Part shown: in pieces, positions 25,384 through 34,800 of the stretch | Position numbering within the stretch: the first letter of the stretch is position 1 | Layout of the letters: every line of letters starts with the position of its first letter | Assembly: GCA_002104905.1 (NCBI GenBank) | Contig: MCFE01000592.1 | Span: 1 to 55,109, forward strand | Length of the DNA stretch: 55,109 nucleotides | Reading direction: 5' to 3' | Source: Basidiobolus meristosporus CBS 931.73 | Taxonomy: Eukaryota > Fungi > Basidiobolomycota | Position numbers and translations under genes: made by a program | The notes under the pieces: generated by a model | The model's input: the letters and a program-made list of their open reading frames with translations, nothing else | What the model was told of the DNA's origin: nothing | The model's database searches: none

Positions 25384-28250
25384 ATAATTCTATTCCTAAA
25401 ACAAATCACTCTCAACATATACTCACGAACACGTAAATTTCTGCGCTATGTCCCCTTGCGCCCGTCCCTTGATTTCCACAATATATTCGCGCGCTCTCGG
25501 TTGTAGGCACATGCCACACCTTCTGTAGTGTATATAGTATGGAAATTTATTTGCTGCTTTACAATAATACACTTGATAAATCACCAACTGCTACTTGTCA
25601 ACTGAAAACCCTTCACCTATGTGCTCAAGCGCACTCGACCGATTTGCGTTAAATTTGTGGGCTAGAGTATTTATTTGAGTCAAATACGGTTTCAGGCATA
25701 TGATTTAGGCTTCGTCATGGACTTTCAACAGTCCACCTGAAGTTTGACAAATGATCGCTTGGTTTTTAGAAGACACATGATGTGAGTACGCTGAACAATG
25801 CTATCTGCTTAATGCCGGTTTCAACTAGTGGAGCCACCAGGTTAGGAAATATTAGCATTGTTTCCAATTGGGCAAGTGGTATCATGGCTCCGCAGGGAGT
25901 TCACGCCATTGGCGGAGCTGGCTTTTGGAATTGCGTCGGCAGTTGGACGGTGACGGTAGCTTAGATGGATCTCAACCCTCAACCTTATCAGCAACAATTA
26001 CTGCGCACTCGACTGGATTCATCAGAAGTCTGGGCTCCATCGACTATTGATCAGCATAGATTCGCTGAACAGTTGCTGTTCGCTGTATGCAAATGAGAAT
26101 CGCACATCCCATTAGCATGGGCCCATACCCTACACCATCCCGCCTCAGTTCGCGCTGAGCGATGGCAACGTGCCAAAGTAGAAGCGGTGTATCGTTTTCG
26201 CAAGGCACCGATGTATGCCATCGAAGTAATCGTGTGTACCGGATTTGGTCGCACCGAAATACTCAGATGACGAACAACAGAGGCTACGTGGTGAGTCACG
26301 GGACAGGCCATTGTCGGCCTCAGATGCTTTGGCGACTAGCAATCGTATGGAGCAATAAACAACAAAGCACTGTTAATTCCTGTCCACACCTTGTGTGTGC
26401 AGCAAGCGTACGCTGACAAAGAGCCAGGCTGACCAGGATCCAGTCATAAGGGGTACATCTTATATCAGATTTATTGGTCATGTTTTAGTAGCCCGTTCTG
26501 AATTTCCGCTGCAGTATGAGACTGTGTTTATTTCCATGATTTCCTACGCTTAACTAGGAATCATTATGAGTTATATCGCCGCCAGCCCAACGGTACTACA
26601 AAGGATGAATAGTCACATTGATCGCTAATAACGACTGCCTCGCCCTCAAATTCCATGCGCCCTTGCTAATTGGGGAAATTGCTCTGGGTGCGGCCCTAGC
26701 TGTGTTGGAAATGGCCATATACCGCTGCCTTTGCTCTGAATTGCTACAAATATCCGAGATGGTACAAAAGGAAAAGATGAGATTTGAAATCAGGGCACAA
26801 TCTACCCGATGGATGTTGAGGCTACTCTTGTGTCTCTTGATTCCAACCTGGCGGTTGCACCAACACTCATGAGTATCGCTATTAGAAAGCATGGAAAGAT
26901 TGATTATGCGTCGTGGAAGCTCATCCCATTCTAGGGAAGGCTGCCTTCCTTCCAAGAGCATACCAGTTGGAATCACACCCAAATACCATCATGCTGTCTT
27001 GAAATGTTCGACGGAATGAAGCTATTTCTCCACTCAGATGATTCGTAGAGCACGAAAGTAATTCGTACATAATTGGCGAATTCTGGAATTCGGTATATAG
27101 CTTAACCTAAAATAAGAATGCTCAGCCGTCCATTGGAGGGAGATAGATTCGCAGCAAACATGATTAGCTTGATTTTGTGGCTTTTCGGCGAAAATCTGAT
27201 AAGTTTGATGGATCCGAATGAAGTGACACTGAAACGACTGATCTGCACCTCAACAGTTCAATTTGGCAATCGGGGAGAACGACTGCTCAACAAGGATACG
27301 TTTCAATCAACTGAGGTCGCTGTTTAAGGTTGTTGCAGCTACTCCTTTGCTAAATTTTTAACCTTTGCGCATTCAATGGGGCAGCTGAAGCATGACCCAT
27401 GCTTTCCAAGTATCCTCCCTGGATGCACGATTCCACATTTCGACCCCTACATGAGCTGTTTCGCTCAGTGAAACCCAGATAGGTAACAGTCCTTGTTCCA
27501 AGATGCTGATGGGGTCAGCATACCCGTCCTGATAAGAAAGCCAGAGTTCAGGGGTTGTGTAGGTCAAGGGAGCAAGCATTGTTTTGAAGAATACCACCAC
27601 CAGCACTGGTCAATTAGACCATTGCATTCGATTTCGGAACAAATCCTTCATCGTGCCACAGTGACAATGCCAAACACGACAGCATTGGATAGGCAACCAT
27701 AAGCTTTGTTGTTGGCTCGTGTAACTGGACTCTTACTGAGCGGTGACTTGGTTTGCTCTCCCCTTTCTTTGCAAACCCATTTCATGATTGGGTTTCAGTG
27801 GGATGAATAAATGCAATCTGAATATACAATTACGTAGCCTCCTATCCTTGATGACAATATATTTGAATCTATGGCAACAATGACTGCATTGCTAAAATCT
27901 TGAGAGCTGAAATTGGCGATTCCTATTATTATTTGCCCTTTATGCTTGAGGCTCGTATGGTTTGCTCAAATCTTCCTCAATCACGCGATCACATCAAAGA
28001 ATGTCTTACCTCTTGTTTTCGCAGCACATATTATTTAGGAACCATATCAACCTGACTCCTAATTAATCCTAATCCCATGACTAAGTCAAGGACCCAATCG
28101 GGGTGGTATTGAGATATCCCATCCCCCACCACACCCTATATAACCTAGGTGGGATTCCTACCAGTAATTCAGATCAGTCCATCGTTTCTACCCTTCTCAC
28201 TTGGCTCTATCCTTTTCCTTTTATTTATTCTCGCAGTAGCATCATAGAAA

Positions 28251-29513
28251 ATGACCTGGAAGACTAATATCATCTTCGCTACTCTTTGCGCTACTGCTAC
28301 CACCTTTGCAGTTTTTGTTGAAAAACCTGGTGCCCCCGTCATCACCTCTCTTGACGCGGAGATCATCCCGAACTCCTACATTGTTGTTCTAAAGGATGAC
28401 TCCCGTTACGGATTACTCAATCATCAAGCCTGGTTATCCTCTTATTTGCAAATCGCAAACTCCGATGGTGTTCAGGCTAATCAGATCAAGCATATCTACG
28501 ATGCCGAAGGCTTCAAGGGTTATGCCGGGCGTTTCCAATCCGAGGTGGTTGAACGTATCAGAGAAATGGATGATGTAGCCTACATCGAAGCCGATTCTAT
28601 GGTTTATGTCTCCGAGCTGCAAAAGAATGCCCCATGGGGCCTCTCCAGAATCTCCCATCGTGAGGCTCTTTCATTTGGTACATTCAACAAGTACATTTAC
28701 CAGGAGAATGGTGGTAATGATGTGACTGCTTATATTGTTGACACTGGAGTGAATGTGGATCACGAGGACTTCGAAGGAAGAGCTTCATGGGGTGCCACCA
28801 TTCCCGAAAATGACGAAGACAAGGATGGCAACGGTCATGGTACTCACTGTGCAGGAACAGTTGCCGGAAAGCGTTATGGTGTTGCCAAGGGCGCCAAAAT
28901 TGTAGCTGTGAAGGTGCTCCGATCCAACGGCTCCGGAACAATGGCTGATGTAGTAAAGGGTGTTACCTGGGTTATTACCGCTCATCAACAAGCTCTACTC
29001 GAAGCCAAGAAAGCTGGCAAGAAGCACAAGGGCAGTGTTGCGAACATGAGTCTTGGTGGAGGAAAGAGTATCGCCTTAAATGAAGCTGTAAATTCTGCCG
29101 TAAATAGCGGAATTCATTTCGCCGTTGCCGCTGGTAATGACAACAGAGATGCTTGCGGTTATTCCCCAGCCTCTGCCGAGAATGCCGTTACTGTCGGTGC
29201 CAGTGACATTAGCGATGAGAGAGCTTGGTTCTCTAACCATGGTAAATGTGTAGACATTTTCGCTCCTGGAAAGGATATCACATCAACCTGGATCGGCTCC
29301 AAGGACGCCACAAACACAATCTCCGGAACTTCTATGGCCAGTCCCCATATCTGTGGACTTCTCGCTTACATGCTCTCATTCGAGTCCAACTCTACTATCA
29401 CTCCCAAGGAATTGAAGAATAAGTTGATCGAAGCCGGCACTAAGAACGTCTTGCAGAAGCTTCCAGGGGACACACCAAACGTCCTCGCCTACAACAACCC
29501 ACCCAAGGCCTAA
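28251..29513 (+). CDS. PRB1: Subtilisin-like serine protease S8A with I9 propeptide, vacuolar proteinase B/cerevisin-like, intronless
   Basis: Catalytic triad contexts YIVDTG, GNGHGTHCAG and SGTSMASPH; APWGLSRISHR; Lys-rich insertion before KGSVANMSLGGG typical of proteinase-B-type enzymes; signal peptide. Orthology to PRB1 is inferred. Confidence 0.88.
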   Translation: MTWKTNIIFATLCATATTFAVFVEKPGAPVITSLDAEIIPNSYIVVLKDDSRYGLLNHQAWLSSYLQIANSDGVQANQIKHIYDAEGFKGYAGRFQSEVVERIREMDDVAYIEADSMVYVSELQKNAPWGLSRISHREALSFGTFNKYIYQENGGNDVTAYIVDTGVNVDHEDFEGRASWGATIPENDEDKDGNGHGTHCAGTVAGKRYGVAKGAKIVAVKVLRSNGSGTMADVVKGVTWVITAHQQALLEAKKAGKKHKGSVANMSLGGGKSIALNEAVNSAVNSGIHFAVAAGNDNRDACGYSPASAENAVTVGASDISDERAWFSNHGKCVDIFAPGKDITSTWIGSKDATNTISGTSMASPHICGLLAYMLSFESNSTITPKELKNKLIEAGTKNVLQKLPGDTPNVLAYNNPPKA

Positions 29514-30099
29514 TTCTTACCCAAAAGGACTCACGACTGTACAAAAGATGTATGATCCGACCTATTTCGCGCGAATAATTTGATAAGCTTGAATTGACAG
29601 CTCATTAATTCCACACTGTAACTTCTACTAACTGGTGCTTTGATTAGTATTTTCAAAACGTAATATACAACTACCAAATTCTGGTGGCAGTACAATTATG
29701 AATAAAGCACTCTAGATAAACCAACAACCACTTTGGTAAAATCAGTTTGTTCAACTCGTGTGTACTTCGTTCCCGCAACCCATAAATTGATGAGATGACT
29801 ATCACATGATACTCCTTGCTACTCGACTCATTTTGAATTTATAGTAGATTGACAGGTTCCAAGAACCGAGCTCATTTCATCTACAGCGGGAGTAATTCAT
29901 AGTCCGGTACCCCGTTTGCCTAACACGATCCACAATTTATGACCCATTTCTCTACCAGCTACGGCCAATCAAAAATTACCAAATTTTCATTTCCCTAGTG
30001 GAATGAATCATGTCTAATCGTGCAGACCAGATTGGTATGCTTGTGGATAATTTAAACTCATGAATTATGTATTCATAATATTTTGGAGCCACCGGCAGG

Positions 30100-30118
30100 C
30101 CAATCACCTTCGACCACA
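30100..30118 (+). promoter_or_regulatory. ERSE-like element CCAAT-N9-CCACA upstream of the HAC1/XBP1 gene, with a TATAAA at 30214-30219
   Basis: Sequence CCAAT caccttcga CCACA has exact 9-nt spacing, about 210 nt upstream of the ATG. Function is not demonstrated. Confidence 0.35.
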
Positions 30119-30325
30119 TTTGAATATTTGATGTATCCTATCAAAGAGTGTTCTTCGGCATCTGCGGATTCTCATGTCAAGGAATACCAAAGACATTCTT
30201 GGCGCGAAGAATTTATAAATACCCGACAATGTAACCATCAGAACTCAAGAAATCCAACTCATCTTGGAGTACATACGCAACCTGTTTCTTGAATCTAGTG
30301 CCACAGATCAAAGCCGCTAGTCGTC

Positions 30326-31412
30326 ATGTCCTCTCTTCCCTCAAACCTCCCCCTACAACCAACCATGGTGCCAATTTTAGGGATTGAGGACATGGCGACA
30401 CTCGACAATAAGCTTTTCTTGAGTGTCTCACCTTTTTCGACGCAGAGTAACCATATCGATTCCGACTCGGATTCCAACTCTCTACCTTCTACTCCACCCT
30501 CCATATCGCCAACGAATCCACTCATCCCCGACCAATCATCCTACACTAAATTGCTCGATAACGACCTCCAGTCGCCTGCCTTCCCGCTTAACCCGACCAC
30601 ATCCCCACGAGGTCCTAGCGAGGCGCCGGTGAAACAGGAATGCATTAGCCCACAAGGGATTTGTGATTCGAAAAGAACCAAAACCGGAAACAAGGTTGGT
30701 CGCAAGCGCAAGAGTGAAGTGGTCGATAAGGAGGCCAGGGCAAAAGAGAGGTAGGTCATTGGCCGCATGACAGTACCCCCAGGCCGCGATTTCTAACGAT
30801 TTTCTCAGGGTTATTCGGAATAGAGCCGCTGCCCAAGAATCCAGGGATCGTAAGAGACGCTACATCACCGATCTGGAGGAGGCAAACACCCAGCTTCATG
30901 TGGAGAATGAGAAGTTGGGGAAGAAACTCTATGCAGTCGAACAAGAAAAGCTAACCTTGTCGAGGCAACTTGAAGCAATCACTGCTCAACTTGCCATGTT
31001 CCAAGCTCAAGCGCAAATGGTCGAGATGTCAAATTTCCTTTTTGACGGCTTTGGCGAGTCAGCAGTACTCACCAAGTTCAGACACGGTAAACGTGTCTGG
31101 AATTCTCAGCAGCGGAGGCCGTCAATTTACCAGAGGAACCTTCACAAAATGACTTCAACGGAATCTATGCACCTCAGCCAGCACAATGCTACGGCAACTA
31201 TGTTGATCCTCTTGTGGATCTTCAGCTTTGGCCTCAAGGTCAGCATTATCAGCCTCTGGCGCCAAAAGATTTCCCAATGTGATAAAGAAGTCATGGACAT
31301 CCCGACCTTACTCAAGCTTTCCCAGGAAATGCTTGAACCAAATGTGAAGGAATTGCACAAAGACTGGAGCTCATCTCCATCTTTGAACAATCAGTCTTTA
31401 TGGCCACCCTAA
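30326..31412 (+). CDS. HAC1: HAC1/XBP1-family UPR bZIP transcription factor; unspliced form about 342 aa, IRE1-spliced form about 283 aa ending at 31282
   Basis: Removing spliceosomal intron 30751-30808 gives KERVIRNRAAAQESRDRKRRYITDLEEAN plus a leucine zipper. Downstream are two IRE1 consensus loops flanking a 47-nt segment. Confidence 0.88.
31042..31125 (+). other. IRE1-cleaved non-canonical intron (31063-31109, 47 nt) within a four-helix RNA structure
   Basis: 7-nt loops CAG|CAGT (31060-66) and CAG|CAGC (31107-13). Stems: 31051-59/31067-75, 31079-86/31092-99, 31104-06/31114-16 and closing helix 31042-50/31117-25. Confidence 0.85.
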
Positions 31413-32012
31413 CGGGGCATTTGTAATTATATTCTGACGCAGCAATCGGGGACCGAACAAGCGTGACCCCTCAGCCTTACTGCATCCTTTTCTCTGATTT
31501 GTTAACTGAATCTTCAGAATGATTTCTCGGCTGTGTATTTTTATTTTCCTTCAGTTGGCGCAATGAGTTCGCACAATTCAATCCGAATAAATGATCAAAC
31601 AAACAAAAAACTTCTACACACTCTCCAAAGCACCCCGGTTGGACCGGCGATCCACCAAGCCCACCCAATTTTTTTGGGTTTGTTTAAACCACCAACGAGC
31701 TTCGGCACTTCTGACCTCTCTTTTGGTTCATCAAGTATCTGAATTACCCAATGTACCCAACTTCAGTGGTTTTCCCAATCCACCCAAACTAGTAGTCTTT
31801 GATCTGTTTACGTCAACGAGTGTAACCTCAACGGCGACAACTCGATCGATGTTTTACTCCTCGATCACTTGCTATGTAGATCAAACACGTTGACGTATGA
31901 GGCGCAACCATCCAACAATTCTGATTTCAAATCAGGTGGATTTGAATGTATATGATCAGTTCGATGACCAGCAACTGGTCTGGTTTATTTAAAAGTACAT
32001 CTGACGTCACGT

Positions 32013-32894
32013 TTACCACTTCATCCAGTCGGGGGATACAACACGTTTTCTGGTCTTGATATTATTAATCTTCTCGATGTCCTCCTTAGATAGCTCGAAC
32101 ACATCGAAGTTGGAGACGATACGTTTCTCGGTGACCGATTTTGGAATAATCGAGATATCACGAGCCAAGAGCCAGCTAAGCAGTACTTGGGCCTCGGTGT
32201 GGTTGTTCTTCTTGGCGATCTCAACAATCACAGGATCATCCATCAGCTTGGGTTCACTGCCAGAGCCAAGGGGACTGTAGGCGGTGATATGAATGCCATG
32301 CTTCTTACAGAAATCGTAGAGCTCATTTTGAGGGTGATATACATGCGTTTCAACTTGAAGAACGGCTGGTGTAACGCTGCCTTCTTTCAAGACTCTTTCA
32401 AGGTGTTGGATCTGGAAGTTGGAGACACCAATGTTCTTCACCTTGCCAGTATCAAGCAACTTCTCCATGGCCTTCCAAGTGTCGACATAGTCGGTGTCGA
32501 CAACATAGGCTTTGCCGTCGTCGCCCTTGGGGAAAGTTTCCTTGCCACTCTTGAAGGCGACAGGCCAATGCATCAAGTAGAGATCGAGATAGTCGACACC
32601 CAACTTCTTCAAAGACAGGTCCAAGGCAGAGGGCACATCAGCAGGGTCGTGGAAGGTGTTCCAGAGCTTGGAGGTAATCCAGAGCTTTTCACGGGGGATG
32701 CCAGAAGCGGCAATAGCTTCGCCAACCTCTTCTTCATTGCCGTAAATGTAGGCACAGTCGATATGACGGTATCCAGCCTTCAAAGCGATCTCAACAGCCT
32801 TTCTGACTTCGTTCTTGGGAGATTGCCAAGTACCGAAGCCAACCAAGGGGATTTGAGAGCCAGAAGCAAGTTGGAAGGTGCGTTGGTTAGCCAT
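32013..32894 (-). CDS. Aldo-keto reductase (Gcy1/Ypr1-like NADPH-dependent), intronless
   Basis: IPLVGFGTW, GYRHIDCAYIY, ITSKLW, YLDLYLMHWP, IGVSNF and IIPKSVT; the D/Y/K/H tetrad is present. The likely start is MANQRTF at 32894. Confidence 0.95.
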   Translation of the reverse strand: MANQRTFQLASGSQIPLVGFGTWQSPKNEVRKAVEIALKAGYRHIDCAYIYGNEEEVGEAIAASGIPREKLWITSKLWNTFHDPADVPSALDLSLKKLGVDYLDLYLMHWPVAFKSGKETFPKGDDGKAYVVDTDYVDTWKAMEKLLDTGKVKNIGVSNFQIQHLERVLKEGSVTPAVLQVETHVYHPQNELYDFCKKHGIHITAYSPLGSGSEPKLMDDPVIVEIAKKNNHTEAQVLLSWLLARDISIIPKSVTEKRIVSNFDVFELSKEDIEKINNIKTRKRVVSPDWMKW

Positions 32895-33476
32895 TTTCTT
32901 TAGTATGCTCATCGAAGAATGTTTGTAGTTGAGGGTCGGCACTGCTCTTAAATAATACGGAAGAAATTGTCGCCTGGAATGAAATCAAGGTTGAATGATT
33001 ACCATGACGTGAACGAGCATTATGGTCACCATTCTTCTAGATGACGAAGCATAGCTAGATTAGTCAGCGACAGTCGCATGTAATCGAAATTCATGGTAGT
33101 GAGATATAGAAACAGCAACACGTTCCCATTTGGGAGGGCTTTCGGAACTACTAAGCATTATGATCGTAATGTCTAGAATAGCACATTTGTGAGTGATATC
33201 ACAAATCAATTTGGTGGCCAATCCAAATTGAAATCCTGTTCCTCAAGACGATTCCGGTACCAAGAATGGCATATCTTGTGTTTCACTTCGAGCCAATGAA
33301 ATATGGTCGCAGCAATTTATTATGTTTGAACACGCTCATCATATCACTTGTCAATGTCTAGAGTATCTAATATCAGCAGCAAGATCGTAGACGTATGACA
33401 AAAAAAGATTGCGAACAAATGTGAAGACTCGAGTTCTTCACACAGAGTGGATGGATAACTAGGAGGCAGATCACGA

Positions 33477-34521
33477 TTATGCTGTGTTGATATCTGTGGG
33501 AGTTTCTGGATCGATGACGAGAGATTCGTAGCGCACATTGTCTCCACTGAATGTTAGTGTTTTGGTAGCAATACGTTTCTCTTGTTCCGGGTTATGGGTG
33601 ATCCATAGGCAGGTGTATTGTGCCAAAGTTTTTTCAACTGCCAGACAGGTGGAAGGGTCTAGGGCACTGGTAGGCTCTTGAAATCATCTATATTAGTTGT
33701 GATTGAGATATCTCACTGCTATGCATACATACGAACCATCAAGTAGAACCACTTTTGGTCGCATTGAAAGCCCAATTGCAAGGGCAACTCTTTGAATTTC
33801 TCCACCTGATAGCTGGTTCCACTCCTTTTCCCAAAGAGATTCTGGTACGTCCCAGCTATATGTTGTCATATTAACAAAGCTGTTGTGGGAAGTTGTGCTT
33901 TCAGCAGGGTGTAAACTACCTCTCAGCTATAGAGATCTTTGAACATGCTTTTAGTCAACTGTTTTGGAAATACCACGGATGTGTAAATATTTACCGGATC
34001 GACAAAGTTATTCTTCTTGCGCTGTGAACGGAACTGACGAATCTTCTCGACCAATTCCAAGGGGGTTCCAGGAAGGATAGCTGTATGCGAAGATATGAGC
34101 ATGTTTTGAAACAGAACTTTATGTTATATTGCTCAACATACGTGGCCGCTGTGGGATATATGTTACCAAACTTCTCCAGTTCGGAATGCCATGTTGTTCT
34201 GGAGTGCTACATTGTTCGTGAATTAAAGGCCAACCTCTAAAATCGAATGAGAAAATACGAACAGCCCATCCAAGGTGATTTTACCAGCATCTGCTTCAGT
34301 CAACTGAGATATGCATTTGAGAAAAGTTGTTTTTCTACGAAGACGACAATCTCTGATCAGTATATCCAAGTACAAACAAAACGAGCGAAGGAATCATACC
34401 CAGCACCGCTTGGTCCGCGAATGGCTACTACGTCGCCCTCTCTAACTTGTAGATGGACATCCTGAAATAAGGGACTACCATCCGGTTTATTTTTGCCAAG
34501 ACCGCTAATATCAAGGAGCAT
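33477..34521 (-). CDS. Stand-alone ABC ATPase (single NBD, no TMD), YbbL/FetA/STAR1-like, multi-exon
   Basis: Spliced motifs: Walker A GPSGAGKTT, WRSLVTYIPQRP (Q-loop), LSGGEIQR signature, VVLLDEPTSALD (Walker B/D-loop) and WITHN (H-switch). Stop at 33477. Confidence 0.85.
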
Positions 34522-34800
34522 TTTCACAACTGGGAATACAAGTGATAGATGACCAATATATATACATTTGGCTAGGTGAATAGATCCATTTCTCAGAATT
34601 ATAGCCAAATGCGAGCCCCATTTCTGAAAAACATCCAATCCAATACTGATTTGATAAATGAGCCGGCGAAGTCAACTAATGAGCTTGGAACAAGTTTATC
34701 TTATCATGATTGAATCTAACGATAGAATTTGGTCTTCATGAAAATCTTCACGTTGATTCTAAGAAACACTTTATTGCCAATGAAAGATGCCATGATGCCA

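Noticed and set aside
25780-27700. Many 60-128 aa ORFs upstream of the subtilisin gene
   Set aside because: No consistent strand, splice chain or motif; treated as intergenic.
28251-29513. Intronless subtilisin (also AKR, sugar transporter, PH gene) as retrocopies or HGT
   Set aside because: No poly(A) remnant or target duplication was seen, the sequences look like typical fungal family members, and lack of introns alone is insufficient.
32187-32903. 238-aa plus-strand ORF
   Set aside because: It lies exactly antisense to the aldo-keto reductase and is explained as a codon-bias shadow. No motifs.
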